From: an uncultured Fibrobacter sp. | GTDB taxonomy: Bacteria; Fibrobacterota; Fibrobacteria; Fibrobacterales; Fibrobacteraceae | Assembly: GCF_937877005.1 (NCBI RefSeq) | Contig: NZ_CALEFV010000051.1 | Coordinates: 1 to 60,481 of the forward strand | Length of the DNA stretch: 60,481 nucleotides | Direction of reading: 5' to 3' | Shown here: positions 30,274-39,233 of the stretch, in pieces | How positions within the stretch are numbered: the first letter of the stretch is position 1 | How the letters are laid out: every line of letters begins with the position of its first letter | Made by a program: the position numbers and the translations under genes | The notes under the pieces: model-generated | What the model was told of the DNA's origin: nothing | The model's input: only the letters and a program-made list of their open reading frames with translations | The model's database searches: none

Positions 30274-30306
30274 AAAAATCCCCGACTACCTCGGCTGGGG
30301 ATTTTT
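30274..30306 (-). terminator. Intrinsic terminator after PL1 gene
   Basis: aaaaatcccc...ggggattttt stem-loop. Confidence 0.75.
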
Positions 30307-30339
30307 CATCAAGTTCTATACAATTCAGTCGCAACGCGA

Positions 30340-32118
30340 TCAGTCTTTTCGGATCAGCTTATTTACAATTCCACCATTCAGCTTCTGGCGGACGATGTAG
30401 CGGCCCTGCGGAAGGCCCTGCGTAGTCATGCCCACATAGTGGCCGTTCATATCAAAGATGCCTACCGTGACAGCATCTGCGCGAAGACGATACGTGTCAG
30501 CGAGGCGCGTAATAGATGAATCTTGCGTTGCCATGTCCGAGTCGCTTGAATCCTGCGCCGTCGTATCGGCGGCGATATCGTTTTTTTCCACAAGCACCTC
30601 GACGCGGCCCGTATATTCGGTATTGTCGTTGCCCTTCACGGTGTACTTGAACGAGGCGAGCCCGCTGAAATTCGCCTTGGGCGCAAACCTTGCCGTATAG
30701 CCGTCACCCGCCAGCTCCACGGTTCCGTTCTCCGCAGCAGACACACTGTAGGTCGGCGACACATCCTTGAACCCGCGCGTAATCGTGCGCAGGTCAAAAT
30801 CGAGGGACTTCCCGCCCACAGCCGACGCGTGCATGGCGCCCAGCCAGTTGATGTATTTCTCGATACGCACGTAGCCGTCGCTTTCATTGGTCATCGCGTC
30901 ATCTTTCGAGTTGTCATAACCCATCGCTTCTTCGAAGTAATCCGGCATACCGTCCTTGTCGGAATCTGTCGCGGCCTTTCCCGCAATCACCTCGCCCCAG
31001 CCGTTATTGGTTTTGATTCCCATGGCACCAACGCTTTTCACCAAGGCTCCTTCTTTCCCAAGTGTCCCCACCTGGTGCCATATCAGGGAATCAATGTCGT
31101 CGTACGGGAGCACGCCACTCTGCGACGTCACGTAGCGCCACGCACTTGCGGCACTGAGCATCGGGCCCGATGTCGTAAGTTCGCTCCAGGGTTTCGCAAG
31201 TTCCTCGCCCGCGCCCTGGTAGTAGTAAATGCTTGAAGGCCCGCCGTTCAGTTTTCCGTCGCGGTCCGTGTCAATCATGTTCCCGCTGGCGTAGATGCTC
31301 TGGTTCTTGTCTACCTGGAACCATGGGTTGCTTCCCTTCGGACCGTAGACAAAGTAATTGTTTACGATGTCGTGGTTGAAGTGCGTGCTAGTGTGCGTCG
31401 TGTAGCCCGCCTCGAAGTTGTAGAGGATGTTGTTCACGAACACGTCGTTGATCTTGTCAAGCGGGTTTCGGTTGTGCGTATTCACGAAGGCATTGTAGTA
31501 CCACGCCCAAGTGCCATCTACCGATTCGATGTGCGCCCCGAACTGCTGTCCGATAGGGTTTGCAATCAGCGAGTTCTGCACCGTTACGCCCGTCACACGG
31601 TAATCTTTATTATCAGAACTTCCGCCGAAGTTGTTCCACGACGCAAGTTCCACCGAGCAGTGATCCACAATCACGTTCTTCGCATCGTAAAGGTTGAGCG
31701 CATCGTCCTTTTCGGAGGCGGTATTTTCGCCCGGGCGTATACGCAGGTAGCGGATGATGATATTGCTCTGCTTGCCCGTGCTGAGCTTGCCGCCGTGAAT
31801 GGCGATTCCCTCGCCCGGGGCCGTCTGCCCCGCGATGGTAATGTTACTCTTGATGGAAACTGCCGTCTTGATGTTGATGATGCCACCCACGTCAAAGACC
31901 ACAATGCGGTTTCCCTGGCTTACCGCGTCGCGGAAGGATCCCGCACCGTCATCGTTCAGGTTCGTCACGTGATAAACGCTGCCGCCGCGGCCACCTGTAA
32001 CATTCGCCCCGAAGCCCAAAGCTTCAGGAAAGGCTAACGGCTCGGCACCCGCCCCGATAAAACCAAACACTGTTAGGCAGAGCGCCGATACCGCCGTCCT
32101 TGAACCAAGCATACCCAT
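30340..32118 (-). CDS. Pectate lyase family 1-like protein
   Basis: AFPEALGFG...GGRGG.VYHVTNLNDDGAGSFRDA, TIAGQTAPGEG, VDHCS, RNP, DSDKDGMPD. Confidence 0.88.
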   Translation of the reverse strand: MGMLGSRTAVSALCLTVFGFIGAGAEPLAFPEALGFGANVTGGRGGSVYHVTNLNDDGAGSFRDAVSQGNRIVVFDVGGIINIKTAVSIKSNITIAGQTAPGEGIAIHGGKLSTGKQSNIIIRYLRIRPGENTASEKDDALNLYDAKNVIVDHCSVELASWNNFGGSSDNKDYRVTGVTVQNSLIANPIGQQFGAHIESVDGTWAWYYNAFVNTHNRNPLDKINDVFVNNILYNFEAGYTTHTSTHFNHDIVNNYFVYGPKGSNPWFQVDKNQSIYASGNMIDTDRDGKLNGGPSSIYYYQGAGEELAKPWSELTTSGPMLSAASAWRYVTSQSGVLPYDDIDSLIWHQVGTLGKEGALVKSVGAMGIKTNNGWGEVIAGKAATDSDKDGMPDYFEEAMGYDNSKDDAMTNESDGYVRIEKYINWLGAMHASAVGGKSLDFDLRTITRGFKDVSPTYSVSAAENGTVELAGDGYTARFAPKANFSGLASFKYTVKGNDNTEYTGRVEVLVEKNDIAADTTAQDSSDSDMATQDSSITRLADTYRLRADAVTVGIFDMNGHYVGMTTQGLPQGRYIVRQKLNGGIVNKLIRKD

Positions 32119-32237
32119 AATCATCCAACCTTTTGATCCGTTTAAGGATTTCCTTTGGGGAATATACCTTCTTTTTACGCCAAGAGGGCGACATTCCCTA
32201 ATAACGGTTGTCCATGGACAACACGCAACCACAATCC

Positions 32238-33590
32238 CTAAAGGTCACCAGCCACACGTTTTTGCAGGGCGTAGAAGAGCCGCATCCAGTCGTTGGACTG
32301 CGTGCCGTCAAAGAAGAACACCTCGTCGATTCCGCCGCGAAGTCCGCCGTAGCCGATCGACGGGTTGAATGCGGTGGCAAAGCCTTCGCCCGCATCGAAC
32401 TGCCTGGTTTCAAGCAGCGTTCCGTCGATGAACGTAGTCACGCTATCGCCATGAATCTTGAACGAGTAGTTGTGCCACGTGCCGTCGAGCGCTCCGTTCG
32501 CGCGGCCCACGACCGTATTGTAAACGCCCGTACGCGTGTCGAGCCTGAGGTTCACCGCGCCCGACGTTCCGCGTTTCTGCAATCTGAATCCCGTGCTGTC
32601 CTTCTTGGCTGAAATAATTTGAGCGTATTCGCTCACCTGCATGGAATCGATATTGAACCAGATTGAAAGCCCCATGTAGTAGCCGTCTTCGGAGAAGGGC
32701 CTGAAATCGGAGATGTAGAACCAGTTGTCGGTAGAATCCGTCCAACGGGAATTGCCAAGCACGGATGTGAGTTCGTTGCCGGTAGCGAGAGCCGCTTCCG
32801 AAGGCGTGGCCGAGTCAAAATGTTCCGCGTAGCGGGCGAGTGCAAGTTCAATCCGGTCGCTGGACTGGCACGATTCTACGATGTCAAGGGAAATCGCGCC
32901 ATTCTCGTCGAAGGCGACCTGCGGCAGCATGCCCCAATAAACAGCGGAATCGGATGCTTTTACCGTAGGGGAGTCCGAAAGATCGGCACGACTGAGGCGC
33001 ACCATGTTGCCGTTAGCATCCAGCAGGCAGGGATTCTTTACTTCCGGGAGCCGGACCGCGAAAGGCATATCTTCGAACACTTCATCCGACAAGGCCAAAT
33101 CTTCAAAGCCCTCAGGAAGCACAAGCGCGACAGCGCCCTTGAATTCCGCATCCAGCGCGCGGTCGATATTCGTGGAATTTTCCTCGACGTTCCAGGAAAC
33201 AGCCACCGTACGCACGTTACCTTCCAGAGGGTGCACCGAAACGGATTCGTAATCGCCCACGGGCAGGCTATCGAGCGACATCACGCCCGACGCGCACTCA
33301 ATCGAGGTCGCCACATGCCTGTAATTCACCGTATCTACATACAAAGTGTCGCCCACGGTGTCGGCGCTCACCTTGAACACCACGACAGTATCGCCTGCGA
33401 CAATGTTCAGGTTCTCGACAGAAACGAGAACCCGAGCGACGCTCTTGTTGCCGGTATTCGTCTCGATAAGGATTCCGGCGGAATCCGCAGAAGACGTATC
33501 GCTGCAGCCCGCAAAGAAGGCGAGCGCGCACGCCGCGACAAAAGCGAACGCAAGTCGTCCCGAGCTAAACATATTCCTAAAGCGTCCCAT
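32238..33590 (-). CDS. Lipoprotein with C-terminal LamG/ConA-like jellyroll domain; partner of TIGR02147 protein
   Basis: Lipobox FAGC, AGILIETNTGN motif, LSIWFN...DGTWHNY...FIDG...GGIDEV...WMRLFY. Confidence 0.8.
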   Translation of the reverse strand: MGRFRNMFSSGRLAFAFVAACALAFFAGCSDTSSADSAGILIETNTGNKSVARVLVSVENLNIVAGDTVVVFKVSADTVGDTLYVDTVNYRHVATSIECASGVMSLDSLPVGDYESVSVHPLEGNVRTVAVSWNVEENSTNIDRALDAEFKGAVALVLPEGFEDLALSDEVFEDMPFAVRLPEVKNPCLLDANGNMVRLSRADLSDSPTVKASDSAVYWGMLPQVAFDENGAISLDIVESCQSSDRIELALARYAEHFDSATPSEAALATGNELTSVLGNSRWTDSTDNWFYISDFRPFSEDGYYMGLSIWFNIDSMQVSEYAQIISAKKDSTGFRLQKRGTSGAVNLRLDTRTGVYNTVVGRANGALDGTWHNYSFKIHGDSVTTFIDGTLLETRQFDAGEGFATAFNPSIGYGGLRGGIDEVFFFDGTQSNDWMRLFYALQKRVAGDL

Positions 33591-33604
33591 AAACACCTTC
33601 CTCC

Positions 33605-34462
33605 CTACGCCTCGCCCGTTCCGGACGGTTTATTGTTTTCGCGGATGTTGCTGAACACGTGTAGGTTCACGTGCTCTACGACGGTCGGTGTCTCGTTGTC
33701 GGCCATCACGATCTGGCGCACCTGCGCCTTGAATTTTTCGGCAGCCTTCTCGACCTTCGCCTGCGCGGATTTCGACACCGCGAACGTGAACGTGGTCATG
33801 TCGCGTGATTCGCTCCCTTCGGATTCCAGTGCCTGCTTCGAGAGTTCCAGGCACTGCTTCTGGAACTGGAGCACCATCTGGCTCTTGCTCTGCTGCACTG
33901 TGGCAAGGCTATCCTTCGTCGGCTTCCAGAACCCGCGTTCGTCCTTGCGCACGAGCGACATCTTCTGCATGAGTTCAAGGCTTGCCTTCAGGCGCTTCTC
34001 GGACACGGGCGGGAAAATCTTCGCCGCAAGTTCCGACACGTCGTCGCCCACATCCATCACCTCGAGAATCGCATAGACCGTGCTGTTGTACCAGTTGCCA
34101 AAGAACTCGTAGCTGTCCGGGTCCACAATCGCCTGCGGGTTCTTGTTCAGGCGCATCATGGCATCGAACGCCGCTTCGCGCACCTGGGCAGTCTTCCCCT
34201 GGTCGAAATCGACCATCGCCTCGAAATACCTCGCCTCATTTCCCTTGAGCCCGATGACGTTTATAAAACGCTCGCGCATGTTGTCGGTCACGCGTTTGCC
34301 CTGCACCACGTCATTGAAATAGCTGCGGGTATTGGGAAGTCCCAGAAGATTACAGAACTCGGTACGCGAAAACGAGGGCTCCGCCGCCTGACGGCGCTCC
34401 TGGTATTCCGCCAGGAACTTGCGGAACTTGGTAAACTCGAAAATGTTTACGAAGGTATTCAT
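33605..34462 (-). CDS. TIGR02147 / DUF4423 family protein (putative DNA-binding regulator)
   Basis: IFEFTKFRKFL..Y......PSFS...F...LG...RSYF..V..GKR; FFGNWY; RDMTTFTF; HVNLHVF. Confidence 0.9.
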   Translation of the reverse strand: MNTFVNIFEFTKFRKFLAEYQERRQAAEPSFSRTEFCNLLGLPNTRSYFNDVVQGKRVTDNMRERFINVIGLKGNEARYFEAMVDFDQGKTAQVREAAFDAMMRLNKNPQAIVDPDSYEFFGNWYNSTVYAILEVMDVGDDVSELAAKIFPPVSEKRLKASLELMQKMSLVRKDERGFWKPTKDSLATVQQSKSQMVLQFQKQCLELSKQALESEGSESRDMTTFTFAVSKSAQAKVEKAAEKFKAQVRQIVMADNETPTVVEHVNLHVFSNIRENNKPSGTGEA

Positions 34463-34483
34463 ATTATTAAATATACATAAAAA

Positions 34484-34504
34484 TGTAGTACATGGTATAG
34501 TAAA
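34484..34504 (+). promoter_or_regulatory. Direct-repeat operator candidate TGTAGTACA-tgg-TATAGTAAA
   Basis: In the divergent TIGR02147/PL11 intergenic region, 8 bp from the TIGR02147 TATATT element. Confidence 0.65.
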
Positions 34505-34774
34505 AGTTGAAAATTTTCCCTGTACGGGACGCGTTCAAGCCCCGCCTCGGGGTGTTGACACTCGAAACAGGCGCAAAAAATGGCGAAAACGGGGCATTTT
34601 TCGGCAATTTCTCTACAAATGTGGACATTTTATAGTAATAAACAATCGACAGACTTTGTAAAATAAGGTAAATTATTGAGAAAATGTAGACTTTTAATAA
34701 AAATTTAGATTATATTAAAAATCGGTACGATATGTACCGTTTGGTGAAACATCTACCCTTTTGGGGAGGAAAAT

Positions 34775-37357
34775 ATGGTGTATTGTGGTAAGAAAGCGCC
34801 GCTTGCGGCGTGTGTAGCGTTGTCCTTTGGACTCGCCATCCCGTCTTTCGCGGCCCCGCGTCAGATGGAAAACCTGAGCCGCGGTCTCGTGGCTTCTAAC
34901 GTCGGAAAAGGCATGCTGGTCAGCTGGCGACTGCTCGGGAGCGACGCCCCGAATACCGAATTCAACCTCTACCGCGACGGGACAAAAATTGCGACCATCG
35001 CAGGCAACGGCGCGACAAACTACCTCGACGCTTCGGGCAAGGCGACCTCCAAGTATACGGTCGCCGCAGTCGTGGACGGCAAGGAAGGCGCGCAGGCCAG
35101 GCTCTCGTTCGTGTTCGACAAGTCGGCCAATTCCGACGGCAAGAACATCCCGTACGCGACCCTCAAGCTCGACCGCCCGGGCGACCTCAAGATGCCCGAC
35201 GGTTCCAGCTGCAGCTACACCTCGAACGACATGAGCGTGGGCGACCTGGACGGCGACGGGGAACTCGAACTTGTCGTAAAGTGGGACCCGAGCAACCAGA
35301 AGGACAACTCGCAGAGCGGCTACACGGGCAATGTGTATATTGACGGCTACAAGATGAACGGCAAAAAGCTGTGGCGCATCGACCTGGGCAAGAACATCCG
35401 CGCGGGCGCCCACTATACGCAGTTCATGGTCTACGACCTGGACGGCGACGGCATCGCCGAAGTCGCCATGAAGACAAGCGACGGCACGGTCGACGGTACG
35501 GGCAAGGTCATCGGCGACAAGAGCAAGGATTACCGCACAAAGACCGGCACCATCATGAGCGGGAACGAGTTCCTGACCGTGTTCAACGGTAAAACCGGTG
35601 CGGCCATCACGACCATCGACTACGTGCCGGGCCGGGGCGTCACCAAGAACTGGGGCGACACCTACGGCAACCGCAGCGAACGCATGCTCGCGGCCATCGC
35701 CTACCTCGACGGTGTGCACCCGAGCCTTATCATGTGCCGCGGTTACTACACCAACGCCTACGTGGTGGCCTACGACTTCGACGGCAAGCAGCTCAAGCAG
35801 CGCTGGTACCACAAGTCCGAAACGAGAGGCCAGGGAATCCACGGCCAAGGCAACCACAACCTTTCCGTGGGCGACATCAACGGCGACGGCAAGGACGAAA
35901 TCGTGTACGGTTCCGCGGCCCTCAAGTCCGACGGCACGCTCCTTTACCGCACGGGGCTCGGCCACGGCGACGCGCTCCACCTTTCCGACATGGATCCCGA
36001 CCGCCCGGGCCTTGAATCGTGGGATGTTCACGAAGAAAAGTCCGCCGCCTATACCGACGACTTCCGCGGCCCCGACGGCAAGATCATCTGGGGCACCAAG
36101 CAGCCGAACCCGGGCGTAGACAACGGCCGAGGCCTCGCCGCAGACATCGACGCGGACCACCGCGGATTCGAGATGTGGAGCAGCGCGGGCGACGGCGTGA
36201 AGAACGTGAAGGGCCAGAAGATTTCGGGCAGCAAGCCCTCGGTGAACTTCCGCATCTATTTCGACGGCGACTTGCAAGACGAACTGCTTGACGGCGCAAT
36301 AGACAAGTGGAGCACCAAGGACAAGAAGGCGAACCGCTACTTTACCTACGGCAACGTGAACAAGTCCACTACGAACAACGGAACAAAGAAGAACCCGAGC
36401 CTCGTGGCCGATTTGTTCGGCGACTGGCGCGAAGAACTTATCCTGCGTTCGGGCAGCGACGCCTCCATGATTACGATTTTCGGCACTCCGGTCACGACGG
36501 ATTACCGCGTGTACACCCTGATGCACGACCCGCATTACCGCGTGAGCATTGCCTGGCAGAACGTGGCCTACAACCAGCCACCGCACCTGGGCTACTACCT
36601 GCCCGACGCGGTAAAGAACCTGAAGCAGCCTTCCATTTATCTCGCAGGTGACGGTACTACCCCTGTGGTTATTGACCCGGTGATTGTCGACCCCGTTATT
36701 CCCGAGATCAAGCACGACATGACGAAGGAATCGTTCGTGGATGCATCCGCCCCGGCAGAAGGTAAAGGTACCTTCGAAGACACGAACGAAGGCTGGAAAG
36801 AGAAGGGCTACTACAACTTCGACAACGATGCGGCGAGCTTTGCCACCTGGAAAGTGACCGCGAAGGAAGACGCGAAGACGACCGTCTCCATCGTGTTCGC
36901 AAACGGCGGGAACGATGCCCGCGACATGAACCTCTCCGTAAACGGTGGCGAAGCGGTCAGCGTAAGCCTGCCTTCTACCGGCAGCTGGACCACATGGCAA
37001 GAAGTCCAGGTTCCCGTGAACATCGTGAAGGGAGAGAATACGCTCAAGCTCTCCTCCACCACGGAGAACGGCGGCCCGAACGTGGACGGTTTCTACTTCG
37101 GGGTACCGGGTGTGACGCTTTCCTCTGCAGAAGGGACGACCGCCCTTGCGACAAGCGTACAGAAGCTTGCCCGTGGCGGATATGCCGAAATCGAGATTTA
37201 CAACATGAGTGGCCGCATCGTGGGGACCATCGCGAAGTTTGTCGCCGCGGGCGAGAGCGCCGTGGACCTCTCGCAGGAACCGCTCCCGAAGGGGAGTTAC
37301 CTCGTGCGCGTAAAAATCGACGGCAAGTACATCTCCAAGGGAATCTTTAAGAAATAG
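34775..37357 (+). CDS. Rhamnogalacturonan lyase family 11 (YesW/YesX-like) with CBM35-like module
   Basis: RQMENLSRGLVA, LVSWRLLG, DLDGDG repeats, NIRAGAHYTQFMVYD, QGNHNLSVGD, WQNVAYNQPPH. Confidence 0.95.
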   Translation: MVYCGKKAPLAACVALSFGLAIPSFAAPRQMENLSRGLVASNVGKGMLVSWRLLGSDAPNTEFNLYRDGTKIATIAGNGATNYLDASGKATSKYTVAAVVDGKEGAQARLSFVFDKSANSDGKNIPYATLKLDRPGDLKMPDGSSCSYTSNDMSVGDLDGDGELELVVKWDPSNQKDNSQSGYTGNVYIDGYKMNGKKLWRIDLGKNIRAGAHYTQFMVYDLDGDGIAEVAMKTSDGTVDGTGKVIGDKSKDYRTKTGTIMSGNEFLTVFNGKTGAAITTIDYVPGRGVTKNWGDTYGNRSERMLAAIAYLDGVHPSLIMCRGYYTNAYVVAYDFDGKQLKQRWYHKSETRGQGIHGQGNHNLSVGDINGDGKDEIVYGSAALKSDGTLLYRTGLGHGDALHLSDMDPDRPGLESWDVHEEKSAAYTDDFRGPDGKIIWGTKQPNPGVDNGRGLAADIDADHRGFEMWSSAGDGVKNVKGQKISGSKPSVNFRIYFDGDLQDELLDGAIDKWSTKDKKANRYFTYGNVNKSTTNNGTKKNPSLVADLFGDWREELILRSGSDASMITIFGTPVTTDYRVYTLMHDPHYRVSIAWQNVAYNQPPHLGYYLPDAVKNLKQPSIYLAGDGTTPVVIDPVIVDPVIPEIKHDMTKESFVDASAPAEGKGTFEDTNEGWKEKGYYNFDNDAASFATWKVTAKEDAKTTVSIVFANGGNDARDMNLSVNGGEAVSVSLPSTGSWTTWQEVQVPVNIVKGENTLKLSSTTENGGPNVDGFYFGVPGVTLSSAEGTTALATSVQKLARGGYAEIEIYNMSGRIVGTIAKFVAAGESAVDLSQEPLPKGSYLVRVKIDGKYISKGIFKK

Positions 37358-37373
37358 AACCCCCATAAACTCC

Positions 37374-37414
37374 CCGTCTAGCGCCCTTTCTCGGAAGGGC
37401 GTTAGGCGGCTTTT
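37374..37414 (+). terminator. Stem-loop / terminator after PL11
   Basis: ccgtctagcgccctt...aagggcgttaggcgg followed by ctttt. Confidence 0.65.
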
Positions 37415-37451
37415 AACATTAACGGATTTTACAAAAAGGGATTGGTTTAAA

Positions 37452-39224
37452 ATGAACGGATTTTATTCAAAGATTTGGCAAAGCCTCGTGGCAATTTCCA
37501 TGGTCATTGCCCCGGCAGCCGTATGGGCGAAAGTAACCATCTACATGTGCGGCGATTCCACCATGCAGGACTGGAACGCAGGCTATTACCCCAAACAGGG
37601 CATCGGCCAGAATTTCGGATACTTCTTCGATTCCGGGCTCGCGACCGTCAAAAATTACGGTGCGGGCGGTACCGCCGCAGAAACTTATTACAACGGCGGG
37701 AAATGGACCCCGGTCAAGAACGCCCTCCAGAAAGGCGACTACGTATTCATCAAGTTCGGAATCAACGACCGCAACTACAGTTCCGAAGCCGGTTACCGCA
37801 CCTACATGACCAAGATGATCAACGAGGCGAAGGCCAAGGGAGCCTACCCCATCATCGTGAATCCGGTACGCCGCAGCGATTTCCGCGGAACAAAGCAGGA
37901 TTCCATTTACGAGTCCTACCACAATTACCCGATTATCGCACGCGAACTTTCGAAAACGCTCAACACGCCCATCATCGACATGGACACCCTGAGCCGCAAC
38001 TACTTGCTTTCCGTAGGCCAGTTCTACGCTCACCATTACCTGAACGTGGTGCTCGACAAGGGCGAATACAGCAACTACGCGAACGGGAACAATGACAACC
38101 TTCATTTCCAGCAGAACGGAGCCATCGCTTTCGGGCGCATCATTACCGAACAGTTGCGCGTACATCCGGACGCTCAGGTGAAAAAACTCGCCGACTACTT
38201 GGCGCCCATGTACAAGGTAGACGTGAAAGTCAGCCCCGCAGGTTCCGACCAGGCAACGACTATCAGCTCCTATTATCCCAAGGGCATGACGGTGACGCTC
38301 AAGACTACACCAAAATCCGGCAAGAAATTTCTTGGCTGGTATGACGGCAACGGCAAAAAGGTAAGCGGGAACGCGAATACCACGGTAAAATCAGACAAGA
38401 TATACACCTTCGTCATGGGTTCTGCCAGCACGCAATACACCGCAGTTTATGAAGGCGGCACCGCAGAAAAATATACCGGCGACGGCAAGGCTTTGACAAG
38501 TTTCCCGACAGGGACGCCGAAAAAGCTTTCCGACGTGACTTACTCCGTAGACACTACCGCGAAAGACTCCGTCCAAGAAGAAGAAAAGCATATAAGCCTA
38601 GACATCAAGAACTTTATCGACGCCGCCAATCCCGACACGGGAAGCGGCGCCACCGAGGCAAACCACGAAGGCTATACGGGAAACGGTTTCTTCAATTTTG
38701 AAAACGTGCTGAATTCTTCCGCCGAATACAAGATGAAGTTTCCCTCCGCGGGCTACGTGACCATGGGAATCCGCTATTCCTTTGCCGGCACCGAAGAGCG
38801 CTCGCTGAACGTGTACCTCGACCACGATTATATCGTGAAGTTCAAGCCTACGGCAGATTGGGACACCTGGGATACCGCCTACGTGGATCTAGACCTCATC
38901 AACGGCGAAGGAATCCTCAAGTTCATTTCCATGACCGAAAACGGAGGGCCGAACATAGACGCATTCGGGTTCAGCGTTGACGGTGTGGAACGAATCGTCC
39001 CCGAAGTCGAAACAACGTCCCTGAAAGGCAACATTCTTTCTGTCGCGAAAAACGAAAACACGAGGATAGATGTTTTCGACATGTCGGGCCGTCTGGTCGC
39101 CCGCAAGCTCTCCGGCAGCGACAACATAGACCTGTCCGACATCGTCCAGGCAAGCGGCATCTACCGCATCATCGTCCGCAACGGGAAACACAAATTTAGC
39201 ACCACCTGGGCCAACGTAAAATAA
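37452..39224 (+). CDS. CE12 rhamnogalacturonan acetylesterase (SGNH) with B-repeat and CBM35-like module
   Basis: GDSTM, FGIND, DNLH catalytic motifs; C-terminal VFDMSGRLV domain. Confidence 0.88.
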   Translation: MNGFYSKIWQSLVAISMVIAPAAVWAKVTIYMCGDSTMQDWNAGYYPKQGIGQNFGYFFDSGLATVKNYGAGGTAAETYYNGGKWTPVKNALQKGDYVFIKFGINDRNYSSEAGYRTYMTKMINEAKAKGAYPIIVNPVRRSDFRGTKQDSIYESYHNYPIIARELSKTLNTPIIDMDTLSRNYLLSVGQFYAHHYLNVVLDKGEYSNYANGNNDNLHFQQNGAIAFGRIITEQLRVHPDAQVKKLADYLAPMYKVDVKVSPAGSDQATTISSYYPKGMTVTLKTTPKSGKKFLGWYDGNGKKVSGNANTTVKSDKIYTFVMGSASTQYTAVYEGGTAEKYTGDGKALTSFPTGTPKKLSDVTYSVDTTAKDSVQEEEKHISLDIKNFIDAANPDTGSGATEANHEGYTGNGFFNFENVLNSSAEYKMKFPSAGYVTMGIRYSFAGTEERSLNVYLDHDYIVKFKPTADWDTWDTAYVDLDLINGEGILKFISMTENGGPNIDAFGFSVDGVERIVPEVETTSLKGNILSVAKNENTRIDVFDMSGRLVARKLSGSDNIDLSDIVQASGIYRIIVRNGKHKFSTTWANVK

Positions 39225-39233
39225 GGAGCCAGC

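Noticed and set aside
34715..37366. 883-aa minus-strand ORF
   Set aside because: Mirror of the PL11 gene; no independent RBS or domain signal
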